A stretch of DNA of 63,556 nucleotides, the filler included, from Octopus bimaculoides (lineage: Eukaryota), in NCBI RefSeq assembly GCF_001194135.2. It is 7 parts of 5 records of this genome, joined end to end, with 100 filler letters (N's around TTAATTAATTAA, not from the genome) between each part and the next. Parts side by side here need not be neighbours in the genome. Positions count along the whole stretch, not along the records: positions 4,324 to 15,022 come from NC_068983.1; positions 15,123 to 18,179 come from NC_068983.1; positions 18,280 to 36,989 come from NC_068986.1; 4 more parts are not named here. One strand, 5' to 3'. The notes under the pieces were generated by a model. The model searched no databases. It saw only the letters and a program-made list of their open reading frames with translations, and was not told where the DNA came from. This document shows positions 11,101 through 24,195 of the stretch, one piece after another; position 1 is the first letter of the stretch, and every line of letters begins with the position of its first letter. Position numbers and translations under genes: made by a program.

Positions 11101-11296
11101 ATTATGTTTTGTGACAAGATGGGTGGGAGGTGGATTGGAGAGATTCGTTAGAGCATTGAACTAAAATGGGAGCTTTGTGGGTTTTCGTCACTGTTTACAA
11201 TTATCTTTAGAAGAATTTTTTAATGTATCATATACATGTAATTTTTGACGCTGATGTAATAGATGTAATTTTTTGTCACAATACAAATGCAGTGGA

Positions 11297-11510
11297 AGGC
11301 GGCGAGCTGACAGAATCATTAGCACGTCGGGTAAAATGCTTAGCGGCATTTCTTCCGTCCTTAGGTTCTGAGTTCAAATTCCGCCGAGGTCCACTTTGCT
11401 TTTCATTCTTTCGGGGTTGATAAAATAAGTACCAGTTGAGAACTAGGGTCGATATGGTCGACTAACTCCCTTTCCCGAATTTGCTGGCCCTGTGCCAGAA
11501 TCTGAAACCA
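11297..11510 (+). mobile_element. SINE family A
   Basis: Homology to the 7869 copy; B-box GAGTTCAAATTCC. Confidence 0.9.
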
Positions 11511-13165
11511 ATATGGGCGCAGTGGACTGGAGAAGAATCGTTCAAGTTCTGAGTTCAAATGCTACTAAAGTCAACTTTACTTTTCCACACACACAAAATA
11601 GTGGACGTGGACAGTCATATTGTACTGTGTAGAACGATTTAAAAGGCTTGACTTGAGGAAGATTTAGCTGTTATCCTCACATGCCAAAGGATGATGTTGA
11701 GATCACGTTGGTTTGATATTTGATAGTTGGATTCAAAGTCGAACATATTTTGAATTCGATTCTCATTACTCCATCCCTCTTTTTTTAAACGAGAGAGGTG
11801 GGAATCACCTACTAGTTCTTGAGATAATGAACTTCCTATTCAGTAGCAAAAGTGATTTGGCAAGGTACTTACACCCACTAACTTTATAAAACTAGAGATT
11901 TGTCCACATTTATTTACAAAATCTTTTTATACACTCCTTATTTATTGCTTGCTAGTTCACTTTCAGCGTAGAGCTAGCGCCAGCGCCAAGCCATTCGTAC
12001 ATCACTAATTAGATTAAATTGTTGACATCAAATCTTTATAACACCCAGTAAACCTTAATTAGGATATATTTAAAATGATTTACTGGAAGAATCTGATTCA
12101 GTACTATTATTTTCGTTGTTCCTCTATCGTCTTTTCTTGAATGAACAAAGTGCGTGAAAATAACTACACAATCCTAAAACCAAACACTGAATGATTTTAG
12201 CCCGGGTATTTAACAGATTTAAGTAGCCTCACCGGAAGCAGAGTTCGCGCCTTAACTATTTATTCTCAGCTGAATTAACTACACTACTGGTAGCATTTTT
12301 TATTCATTATTTATTTATTTATTTATTTTCAAATAAATACCACCCTCCGTTTATTTAGATCCTACAGGAATCCAGTTTCTTGCCCTTTTCACAGGATGTG
12401 AGGGATGGGTGGGCTTAATAAAACTGAAAGGGGATGGGTTGGCTCGAAGTTGTTTTTTTCTCTCTGTATTTATTATCTGTCGTCTCTGAATTAATTAGTT
12501 TGTTAGATTCAAATATAATTATTTCACTGTTTTCTTAGATGATCGATGTTATACTGTAACTAAACAACAATAATGGAACTATTTGTTATTATCTATTAAT
12601 TAATTGTCGATTAATTAATAATCACTGCTGGGGGGTCAAACATTTCTATAAATTTGTTTTAGACATTTGATATAATTGCCTCCTCGACTGACACACAGGA
12701 AGAGACGTTTCATTTTTGGTGCTCGGGAAGTCAAGTTCGTCTCACCGATATCGGTCAATTTCTTACAGGAAGTATTCTTTGATGGTATATTTGTTTTGCT
12801 TTATTTCTCCCTCTCTGTATATATGTGTGTGTATATAGATATAGATATACACATATACACACACATTTGTGGTTTATGCCCCCTAACCGCTAAAATAAAC
12901 GGGTGCACTTCGTCTTCCCACTTACACTCCCTTTCCAGGAAGAATTGCTTGTATGGTGCCTCCGACTACCTACTACAATCGTCACTTTATGAACAAGTCA
13001 ATTTCATCTAATAGAAATCAAGTGTTATGGTGTGTTGCTTGCTAGTTGAATGATGATGTGCTTATAATATTCATGAACCACATAAACTTTGATAATAATT
13101 TTATATAAATAACGGTTTCTGATAGAGGTACAAGGTCATCATTTTTCTATTTTTTAAAAAATTTT

Positions 13166-13465
13166 GGATCTTTTTTAAAACGGGGGCCACATTTTTCATT
13201 AACGAAACACTTTGAAACTTGGAACACTGGTAGAATGTGTCATATAAAACATCTTTTTCTCTTAGTCTTCTTAAAAAAAAAAAGAAATCCATAAGTTATT
13301 CCATGTTAAAGTTGTCGTATTTCTGTAATTTCAACCAATCACTGACGTCCATTCAGCCGATATACATTAAGTACCGACTAGATAAACAAACGATTCTGAA
13401 ACAATTAACCCTAACCCTAACCCTAGGGTTAGGGTTAAAGCAAATTTAAAATGAAAAAAGCAAAT
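13166..13465. mobile_element. Helitron/Helentron-like non-autonomous repeat, copy 1, with CCCTAA/TTAGGG palindrome
   Basis: ~90 bp shared with 14925-15022 (TTAACGAAACACTTTGAAACTTGG.ACACTGGTAGAATGTGTCATATAAAACATC). Superfamily is inferred from the end structure of copy 2. Confidence 0.5.
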
Positions 13466-14064
13466 NNNNNNNNNNNNNNNNNNNNNNNNNNNNNNNNNNN
13501 NNNNNNNNNNNNNNNNNNNNNNNNNNNNNNNNNNNNNNNNNNNNNNNNNNNNNNNNNNNNNNNNNNNNNNNNNNNNNNNNNNNNNNNNNNNNNNNNNNNN
13601 NNNNNNNNNNNNNNNNNNNNNNNNNNNNNNNNNNNNNNNNNNNNNNNNNNNNNNNNNNNNNNNNNNNNNNNNNNNNNNNNNNNNNNNNNNNNNNNNNNNN
13701 NNNNNNNNNNNNNNNNNNNNNNNNNNNNNNNNNNNNNNNNNNNNNNNNNNNNNNNNNNNNNNNNNNNNNNNNNNNNNNNNNNNNNNNNNNNNNNNNNNNN
13801 NNNNNNNNNNNNNNNNNNNNNNNNNNNNNNNNNNNNNNNNNNNNNNNNNNNNNNNNNNNNNNNNNNNNNNNNNNNNNNNNNNNNNNNNNNNNNNNNNNNN
13901 NNNNNNNNNNNNNNNNNNNNNNNNNNNNNNNNNNNNNNNNNNNNNNNNNNNNNNNNNNNNNNNNNNNNNNNNNNNNNNNNNNNNNNNNNNNNNNNNNNNN
14001 NNNNNNNNNNNNNNNNNNNNNNNNNNNNNNNNNNNNNNNNNNNNNNNNNNNNNNNNNNNNAGGC

Positions 14065-14200
14065 TGGCAGTTTTGGGTGGGGTAGGAGTAAATCGTTACC
14101 ATCAAGTCCAGTATTTGATGTGACCTTGTACTATCGACTCCTAGAGGGGGATAAAAGGCAAGGTTGACCCCCCGGTGTGATTTGAACTCTGAACGTAAAA
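14065..14200 (-). mobile_element. SINE family A (degenerate); another degenerate + copy at ~14275-14460
   Basis: GGCAAGGTTGACC..GATTTGAACTCTGAACGT. Confidence 0.7.
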
Positions 14201-14812
14201 TGCCGGAACAATTAATATAAAGAATTTTTTTTCGATGCATTAATCGAGTTGATGTTGTTATATGTTCTTTAAAGGGTGGTGGATTAGCAGGATCGTTAGA
14301 GTATCGGTGTAACATGTTTTGTATGTATGTATGTATCTCTGTTTTGAGTTCAAATTCCGCTGAGGCCGACTTTGCCTTGCTTTCGCTCTTCCGGTAACGA
14401 TAAAATATAGTACTAGTCGATTGAATTGATTGTACCTATCCCTTAAACTTGAGGCATTGTGCCTATGTGAAAGATCAAGATCGATAAAAAAAAAAGATAA
14501 ATACTAGTTGAATATTGGGTCAATATAACCAATTATTCTCCCACCCCACCCCGATAAATCAAAACTACCTAATCAGTTTTATGTATTTTTACTTCAATTA
14601 ATAATAATAAAAAAATCGTATATCAATATTTTTTTGATAAGCTTAGTCTGTAACCATCCTACTTTTATTATTACAAACATAAAATTATTACTTACAACTT
14701 TTTTCGTGCCGATATAAAAAAGAAAACTTGCAGATAAGGTGGAGCCGTTTCTCATCTAAAGGAATGACAGACAGCATGGTGCCGGAATGAAAGACACTTC
14801 CAATTTTATCGA

Positions 14813-15022
14813 TATATTAGCAGTATAACCCGACCTTGTCCGGGTGTGACTTATTATGCCATATACGATAAGTCTTGCTAGCTGAAAATCAACTAAAAAA
14901 GAAAGCCTTACAACGAAAAAACCCGGATCTATTTTAAAACGGGGGCGCCAGTATTTTCTTAACGAAACACTTTGAAACTTGGGACACTGGTAGAATGTGT
15001 CATATAAAACATCTTTTACTCT
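14813..15022 (+). mobile_element. Helitron/Helentron-like non-autonomous repeat, copy 2 (end plus subterminal hairpin)
   Basis: TATATTAGCAGTATAACCCG ACCTTGTC CGGGT: a CTAG-like terminus followed by the ACCCG/CGGGT hairpin; shares body with copy 1. Confidence 0.55.
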
Positions 15023-15421
15023 NNNNNNNNNNNNNNNNNNNNNNNNNNNNNNNNNNNNNNNNNNNNTTAATTAATTAANNNNNNNNNNNNNNNNNNNNNN
15101 NNNNNNNNNNNNNNNNNNNNNNATAAGCAAAACATTCAAATACTGTTCATATCATCTGTGGATAAATTTTTAAATTGATGATATCACCAGCAGTGACATA
15201 GGTGGATCACCGGCGCAATAGCATTAAATAGCTATGAATTATAAATTTGCACGAAGTGTAATGATGCTTAACAAGCATCTATCTGCTAGAAATAAGAGCT
15301 AAAGTCTTAAATTAATCCACCGTACCACACCAAGATAACAGAGAAAAATAGTATGCGAGGAAAACAGAAAGAATTAAAACATTTAACAGCACAAATAAAA
15401 ATATTATGCAATTAGGGCTAT

Positions 15422-15476
15422 CTACAAACCAGGTTTCAACTTTTGGGTTTTTAGACCCTGAGCCTCATCAGCGTGG
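15422..15476 (-). ncRNA. Decayed hammerhead ribozyme motif
   Basis: Minus strand CCACG-CTGATGA-GGCT..GGGT CTAAAA ACCC..AGTT-GAAACCTGGTT-TGTAG; helix defects are transitions. Confidence 0.55.
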
Positions 15477-15484
15477 CCTACCAG

Positions 15485-16300
15485 GTAGGGTTGAACAAAA
15501 TAATGGAAACACCTTAAAATTTCAAACAAATTTATTTTAATATGGGGTAGTAATTGCAATAATTACAGCTTGAATTCTATTAGGTATGGACTTGTACAAA
15601 GTTTGAATTGTTTCCAAAGGAATTTTTGTCCATTCTTCAGCTAAAACAGTCTCCTGTTCTTGTAGTGATGATGGTGGAGGATATCAACTCCTTACTTGTT
15701 TTTCTAAAATGCACCACAAACGTTCAATAATGTTGAGATCTAGGGACTGTGGCGGCCAGATAAGGTGTTCAGCTTCACCAGAATGTTCCTCGTGCCATTC
15801 AGTAGCAACTATAGCTGTGTGAATTGGTGCATTATCATCCTGAAAGATTGCATTTCCCTCAGGAAACAATTCTGCAAACATAGGATGAATTTGATCACAT
15901 AAAATGCTTAAATAGTCTTGACTATTAATTCTGCCATGAAGGGAAACCATTGGACCAGCAGATTTCGAAGTTATAGCCCCCCAGATCATCACAGATCCTC
16001 CTCCATGTTTAACAGTTGAAAGAATGCAGTCTGGGTCAAATGCTTCTTTTGGCTGTCTCCACACGTATACTTGGCCGGTGGTCAGAAATATGGTAATGGA
16101 TGACTTATCCAAGAAAATAACATTTTTGCACTGCTCTAGGGACCAATTCTGTAGGTTTTTACTTCGCTCTAAACGCTTTGCAACGTTTGAAAGTAGTGGT
16201 TTTGAAACACTTTGAAAGTAGTGGTTTTCTGATTGCAGCCCTCCCATGAAATCTTGTTTCTTAACCACTCAGCCATACTTGCATCTGTTGTCTTCCATTT
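15485..16300 (-). mobile_element. Tc1-like transposon 3' remnant, DD36E transposase
   Basis: ORF 15684-16268: FLDKSS, TVKHGGGSVMIWG, FQDDNAPIH, WPPQSLDLNIIE. Frameshifted C-terminus continues to ~15540. Confidence 0.92.
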
Positions 16301-17074
16301 TTGTGAGACCTTCTGGTACAATATTTTTTTTTTAACAAAGTGGATTCAAAGCTCTATTTAACTTATGACATCATCAAGTCTGAATCCATCAATGACCATC
16401 ACTACCATATATTGTGTTGCCATCGTTTAGTTCATGAGTGGCCACATCATTTACATCCCATCTCATGTAATGTTTTGTACAAAAGATTTTGACATGTGAT
16501 TCAGTCAGTCGGTGGTTCTTAGTCTTGCTAAGACAATTCTAACGTGAATGGTTAATTCGTTTATTTTTTTATTTTTTATTTTTAGTATATATTTTTATTT
16601 TTTTTTTGGCAGTGGGAGGAAGAATTATCTAAACAATGTTAATATCTCACCATAATGGATATAAAAATGTTTCAAAATACAGAAAGAAAAATATAGAAGC
16701 AAATTGTATCTAACACATACATACACACATGCACACACACATATACACACACACACATGCACACATGCACGCACACACATATATGGCTTCTTTGCATCTC
16801 TGAGTTGATGGACTGGATATTCTGCTGAGAACTATTCAGTTGAAGATGTTATTTTTAAATGCAAGATATAACAACAACAACAACAGCAATAAAAATATGA
16901 TGATGAGGAGGAGGAGGGTGTGGAGGAGTAAGGTTTGGAGGAGGGGGAGGAAGATGAGGATGGTGATGGTGAATGGTGATGACAATCATGATGTTGAGAA
17001 GAAGGTAAAGGTGGAGGAGGAGGAGGTGGAGTAAGAGGAGGATGACGACGACAACAATGATGATGATGGTGATG

Positions 17075-17076
17075 TG

Positions 17077-17109
<33 letters not shown>

Positions 17110-17135
17110 AGAAGAAGAAGAAGAAGAAGAAGAAG
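17075..17135. repeat. (GAA)n microsatellite within a purine-rich low-complexity tract
   Basis: Direct reading. Confidence 0.95.
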
Positions 17136-17345
17136 GCCTAAAATGTAAAAAGAAAGAAAGAAAGAAAGAAAGAGAGAAAGCGAGATTTAAAAAGGAAATT
17201 TCAAAAAAATATCTGAAAGTATTCTTTGGATAATATATAATGGATATGATATCTGGATCTTAAAAAAGAGTTTTCTTGATGCTTATGTGCCTAAAGAAAT
17301 TGGTTAATAACACTAGATTTAGCATAGAGAGAAGAGAGAGGGATG

Positions 17346-17384
<39 letters not shown>

Positions 17385-17772
17385 GGGAGAAATGTGAAGT
17401 GCTGGGGAGAAGGAACTGCATTAATTGAATAAGTGCTATACGGAAAAAGCAAACAAATAAAATTACACTATTTACAATTTGCACCATTATGTTCAATTTA
17501 GTAAGGGAATATAATTATATATATATGTGTGTGTGTCTGTGTTTTTGCATGTATGGATATATGTATGTGATGTGAGAAATAGATGTGTATGTGTATACAT
17601 ACATACGTACATAAACACACACATGTATGTATGTATTTATTCATATAAAACACATGCATACATGCATAAACCTCACTGAAGTTGACATGGAAGGGGAATG
17701 AGTTCCAGATTTGTAATATTGTATAACATAGCTCTCTTTCTTTCTCTTTAATGTATGTATGTTTTGTATCAA

Positions 17773-17808
<36 letters not shown>

Positions 17809-17824
17809 TCTGTCTTTCTGTCTC

Positions 17825-17904
<80 letters not shown>

Positions 17905-19020
17905 AGAGGAAATGGAGTGTTATCGCTCCTAAGCCAGAAACGCGTCTATGATTAACTTCGAATGGTTAGTTTTCATTGTTCTTTCTTCTTGTTTTGCCTT
18001 TGTGAGTTACAAGTAATGCTATCTGTTGGAGTCTCAGCATTTTGGCTGCTATTTCTGAACTTCGGTATGTGGTGAAGCAACTGTTTTGCTGATCCCTTAA
18101 TTATGTATATATATATATACCTTTTATAAGTAATATTCTAAAAGAAATATTCTAAAAGAATATATAACTGAACTTATGTNNNNNNNNNNNNNNNNNNNNN
18201 NNNNNNNNNNNNNNNNNNNNNNNTTAATTAATTAANNNNNNNNNNNNNNNNNNNNNNNNNNNNNNNNNNNNNNNNNNNNATATATATATATATATATACA
18301 TACATAAATACATAATACATACATATGCAAATATGCAAATATATATACATATGCATATACATATATATATATATATGATATGAGTATATATATATATATA
18401 TATATATACATATGTGTGTATATGTGTGTGCGTGTGTGTGTATGTATGCATGCGTGTATGTATGCATATATGTATATCCATGGTTTGGCTGTTATAGTTG
18501 TATTCGTGCGTGTAGCTGTGTACGCTGTCGTCTGCTAGAAATGTGTGTGTGCATGTGTGTGTCTGTGTGTGTGTGTCTGTGTCTGCGTGTGTCTGTGTTC
18601 AGGCGCGCTCGCGCGCGTGTCTGCCAGGAGGAGCCCTAGTTTAATAAAGTCATATAAACATAATCAGTAATTTTTTTTTTTAGATGAAAACAAACAACAG
18701 AAGGAATGAACAGAATAGACTGATTTAGTGTAGCATGAAGCCGGCAGCGCAGCCTCTCACAGACACCGTACACAGAGCTTCGCGCCACTTGTCTTACCTC
18801 ACGCAGAATAACATAGTCTCGCGCCAGTTTGTCTTACTTCACGCAGACCAAAGCTTCTGTTGCTGGAAAGAACTGGCTCCGAAACCGTATAGACATTGCT
18901 AGCAAAAGAAAGGAAACAGGGGCGCCAGCCAGTACTATGAATTGTTTCACAGAATTTACCGATTCGCAGGTGACTTGCTGTCACGGTGAACCTATAATGT
19001 TGAATGATAGATAGACAGAC

Positions 19021-19094
<74 letters not shown>

Positions 19095-19112
19095 GCAGAC
19101 AGACAGGCAAGC

Positions 19113-19159
<47 letters not shown>

Positions 19160-20149
19160 GAAGAGTGTATACATATACAGATATGTACTTTCACACTNNN
19201 NNNNNNNGATAGATAGATAGATAGATAGATAGAGAAGAGTGTATACATATACAGATATGTACTTTCACACTCACACACACTCACACATACACACATGCAC
19301 AGAGACACGTACGTACGTGCGCGCACGCATATTTGTATTATAATTGAATTTACAAATTTTAGATAGACTATATATCTTCATGTGATTTATTCTGTATGTC
19401 CAAATTCACCCACCCACCACACAACATATATATATGTGTGTGTGTATATATGTGTGTGTATAAATATATATATATATACATATATACATATATATATATT
19501 TGAATATATATATGTACATAAATATACATATATATATGCGTTTATATATATATAAAATGTATATGCATATATATATATATATATATATATATANNNNNNN
19601 NNNNNNNNNNNNNNNNNNNNNNNNNNNNNNNNNNNNNNNNNNNNNNNNNNNNNNNNNNNNNNNNNNNNNNNNNNNNNNNNNNNNNNNNNNNNNNNNNNNN
19701 NNNNNNNNNNNNNNNNNNNNNNNNNNNNNNNNNNNNNNNNNNNNNNNNNNNNNNNNNNNNNNNNNNNNNNNNNNNNNNNNNNNNNNNNNNNNNNNNNNNN
19801 NNNNNNNNNNNNNNNNNNNNNNNNNNNNNNNNNNNNNNNNNNNNNNNNNNNNNNNNNNNNNNNNNNNNNNNNNNNNNNNNNNNNNNNNNNNNNNNNNNNN
19901 NNNNNNNNNNNNNNNNNNNNNNNNNNNNNNNNNNNNNNNNNNNNNNNNNNNNNNNNNNNNNNNNNNNNNNNNNNNNNNNNNNNNNNNNNTATATATACAT
20001 GCACACACACACACATGTACACACACAGATGTGTGTGTGTGTGTGTGTGTGTGTTTGTGTGTGAATCTATCATCTTATTTCCCTATCTATCGATCAATCT
20101 GTCTGTCCGCTGGCTGCAAGTCATCTATAGATTGGTAATCTTTAAATAT

Positions 20150-20240
20150 TCCACAGACACGTGTACTCTTAACATGATTCCAGATACCATCAGTATGACA
20201 CATAGCATGGCAGGACTGTACCTTTGAATAACACAGTCTA
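20150..20240 (-). mobile_element. SINE family C tail fragment
   Basis: TCCACAGACACGTGTACTCTTAAC..CCTTTGAATA. Confidence 0.65.
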
Positions 20241-20457
20241 TCTGACATGCCTTCACTGTTTCTGCCCACCAAACTTCACCTACAAGATAAAACTTCTTGT
20301 TATTAGTCATATGCTCAAATTGCCATGCAGCGGGGTGGAAACCGGAACCTTATAATTGTAAAACAAACTTGTTAACCAATAGGTCATGTCTACATCATTC
20401 ATCTGTCTATCCATGCATACATATATACCAGAACACATACATATATATATATGTATG

Positions 20458-20488
<31 letters not shown>

Positions 20489-22630
20489 NNNNNNNNNNNN
20501 NNNNNNNNNNNNNNNNNNNNNNNNNNNNNNNNNNNNNNNNNNNNNNNNNNNNNNNNNNNNNNNNNNNNNNNNNNNNNNNNNNNNNNNNNNNNNNNNNNNN
20601 NNNNNNNNNNNNNNNNNNNNNNNNNNNNNNNNNNNNNNNNNNNNNNNNNNNNNNNNNNNNNNNNNNNNNNNNNNNNNNNNNNNNNNNNNNNNNNNNNNNN
20701 NNNNNNNNNNNNNNNNNNNNNNNNNNNNNNNNNNNNNNNNNNNNNNNNNNNNNNNNNNNNNNNNNNNNNNNNNNNNNNNNNNNNNNNNNNNNNNNNNNNN
20801 NNNNNNNNNNNNNNNNNNNNNNNNNNNNNNNNNNNNNNNNNNNNNNNNNNNNNNNNNNNNNNNNNNNNNNNNNNNNNNNNNNNNNNNNNNNNNNNNNNNN
20901 NNNNNNNNNNNNNNNNNNNNNNNNNNNNNNNNNNNNNNNNNNNNNNNNNNNNNNNNNNNNNNNNNNNNNNNNNNNNNNNNNNNNNNNNNNNNNNNNNNNN
21001 NNNNNNNNNNNNNNNNNNNNNNNNNNNNNNNNNNNNNNNNNNNNNNNNNNNNNNNNNNNNNNNNNNNNNNNNNNNNNNNNNNNNNNNNNNNNNNNNNNNN
21101 NNNNNNNNNNNNNNNNNNNNNNNNNNNNNNNNNNNNNNNNNNNNNNNNNNNNNNNNNNNNNNNNNNNNNNNNNNNNNNNNNNNNNNNNNNNNNNNNNNNN
21201 NNNNNNNNNNNNNNNNNNNNNNNNNNNNNNNNNNNNNNNNNNNNNNNNNNNNNNNNNNNNNNNNNNNNNNNNNNNNNNNNNNNNNNNNNNNNNNNNNNNN
21301 NNNNNNNNNNNNNNNNNNNNNNNNNNNNNNNNNNNNNNNNNNNNNNNNNNNNNNNNNNNNNNNNNNNNNTTCTCTCTCTCTATCTCTCTCTCTCCCCTCT
21401 CTCTCCCCCCTCACTCCCCCCATCTGTCCTTCTCCCAACACTTCCTCTTCCATACCGGTGCCTGGTAGAAGCGGTGTCGTGCTTTTCCACCCTACTTTTG
21501 ACCAAACTGCTCACGCTGGCCTCGGCTCCTGCTACGTCCGTTCTGTCCTCTAGGAATTACTCTATTTCCTCTTTGCGCAACCCCACTCAGTTCGTTCGAC
21601 AGCGCAAAGCTCTAACTTGTCTTTGTAGTATATGTATAATAATTATTTTTATTCGTTTTATTCGTACATATCAGGGATTTTATAGGGGCACTTTAATCCG
21701 TAGATTGGCCTTATCTAATGTTTTTCTAAAAAGGTATGCTAGTTTGCTGCCAAGAGTAGCAACAATGAACATGACACTTTGGTATTGTTTGGCCTTATCT
21801 ATCTTTTTTCTAGTCCTTTCTGTGCCGTTCCAGGATTTACTCCTGTGTTGCGGACAGATACCCTCTAAGCCATTCTCTATGATGTCTTTGTACTTAGCCC
21901 AGAGAACTGCATGCGGTGAGAGTGATGAGGAATGCCTCGCATGTGCGACCCTATGGAATTGAAAAGACACACAGGACACTTCATCCACCGCATGCAGTTC
22001 TCTGGCTACAACCAAAGGAGCAGGATTAGAGTGTACAAAGGGACCATTAAAAACGTATAAAAGGCACGGATACAAACAACATAGGAAACAAACCCATATA
22101 TATTCACATACGTAACTTCACAGACGGCCGCAACAATATCAACAACACGAGTAACAATAATAGCAGCAACAACAACTACCACAATGGCAGCACCGTGGGC
22201 GAACATACAAAGAGTTACAAGAACGGTACAAAAAGTCGGGTTCAAGAACAGCAGCAGCAACGGGGTAGGGGACGGAGTTGAGAGGAGGGTCATAGTCCTA
22301 CTAATAACAATAACACACGCACACACACAAACACAGTCTCATTCGCATATAAGGATACACATCATAAAAGAATAGAATGGAATAAGCAGAGCAAGAGCAC
22401 ACAGGAAGACGGAAAATGTCGCTGAGGAGGTCACAGATGTGTGACGAAAGATTTCCGGACAATGGACATGAGTTAGAAAAAGAACCAGTAATAAACGAGT
22501 GAAGAACGAATACACAGTGCGTATGTTTATTTAGCAAAAAGACCGTCCCGAAATACAACAATATCTAGCGTTACCCATACTTCATCTACATCTAGCCCTA
22601 AAGCTACATTCTGCTTGTCTATTTATTTCG

Positions 22631-22676
<46 letters not shown>

Positions 22677-22811
22677 NNNNNNNNNNNNNNNNNNNNNNNN
22701 NNNNNNNNNNNNNNNNNNNNNNNNNNNNNNNNNNNNNNNNNNNNNNNNNNNNNNNNNNNNNNNNNNNNNNNNNNNNNNNNNNNNNNNNNNNNNNNNNNNN
22801 NNNNNNNNNTT

Positions 22812-22990
22812 GACCTCCACCATCGCTTGACAAACAGTAGTTGCTTGTCTACGAAATTTCGCTGGTCAGCAAAAGATAACGATAGAATAAGTACCAGGCT
22901 TTAAAGAAAATAAGTACTGAGGTTGATTAAACCCATCAAGGCGATGCCCCAGTATGGACGCAGTCCAATGTGGAAAAATAAACGTTAAAA
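22812..22990 (+). mobile_element. SINE family B 3' half
   Basis: CCACCATCGCTTGACAA..GATAGAATAAGTACCAGGCTT. Confidence 0.8.
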
Positions 22991-24139
22991 AGTTAGTTAT
23001 CTTCCTATAAACTATCCAAAAGTGTGAGTGGAATTACTACTAGCAGGAAAACTTAAACGCCAGTCTCGATATAATTAAAGGTGTATAACTCTCGATAAAA
23101 AGTTAATTCTTATTATTTCCCTTGACAGGTTGGCATAATCGTTAGCATGGCACGCAAAATGTTAGAAGTATTTATTTCTTAACTTCGCCTTTCATCTTAT
23201 TCGGACCGATAAAAAAAAACACTTCCAGTTGAGCCCTGGTGTCAGTGTAATAGACTAGCGTTCCCCTCCAAAAACTGCTGGTCTTGTACCTTAATTTAAA
23301 ACCCTTATTTTTAAAACACTATCACATCTCAGTCCTCCTCTTCACTTTCTTCTAGTCCTCCTATATTTCCTTCAGTACCCACTCTTTCACCTCTTTTTTT
23401 ATCATCATCATCATTATCATCATCATCATGAACATAAATCCTATACAATTATGATCGATATTCAAGCTACTTTGTTTTTTCTTTGTTTGTTTTTGTTGTT
23501 TTAAGTGAATATTCTAGCGCTTGTGTGTAGAGTGGTGCCCTTGTAGTGAGAGTGAAGGAGAGAAAGAGAGAAAGAGGAAGAGAGAAAGAAAGAGAGAGAG
23601 AATGAGATAGAAAGACAGAGAGGGAGAGACAGAGAGGGAGAGAGAGAAAGAGAAAGAGGGAGAGAGCGCTGTGTGTTTCACTACTTTTGTGTTTGTATTT
23701 AACAAAATACAAACACAAGGATGTAAAGTCGATTGAGTTCAGTACCTTAGAGCACCCAGAAAGAGTTACTTCGCTGTAATGATTGCTTAGGTGTGGATTT
23801 GAACTCAAGACCCACAGGCGTCGCATCCATCGTTTTAACAATTTCTGTCAATTACCACCTGCGTTTTACGGACTCCCGAAAGAAGAACACACAAAGTTGG
23901 CCTCGTTGTTATTCGAACCCAGTATGTAGACAACCATATCATATACTCGGAAGTCATTTAATCCGACACCCTATTTGTACCCTATTTGTACTCTATCTTA
24001 AATATTCTAATCTCTTTTGCCTTAGTTTTTTTTTTTTTTTACTTTCCTATAATGTAAACGTGCGTCTGTTTACGTGTGCCTGAGCATGCACACGCGTGCA
24101 TATATATACATGCATATAAATGCACGAATTATGTGGGTA

Positions 24140-24191
<52 letters not shown>

Positions 24192-24195
24192 CACC

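Noticed and set aside
12230-12945. Cluster of GGAA(G) ETS-like sites
   Set aside because: Short motifs expected by chance; no comparative evidence.
19145-19275. Tandem duplication of ~50 bp around a 10-N gap
   Set aside because: Typical unmerged overlapping contig ends.
21960-21962. In-frame TGA as selenocysteine
   Set aside because: No SECIS element or selenoprotein motif recognised, and the open downstream frame is within chance.
22042-22280. Asn/Gln-rich open frame
   Set aside because: No start codon or clear acceptor; explained by degenerate AAC/CAG repeats.
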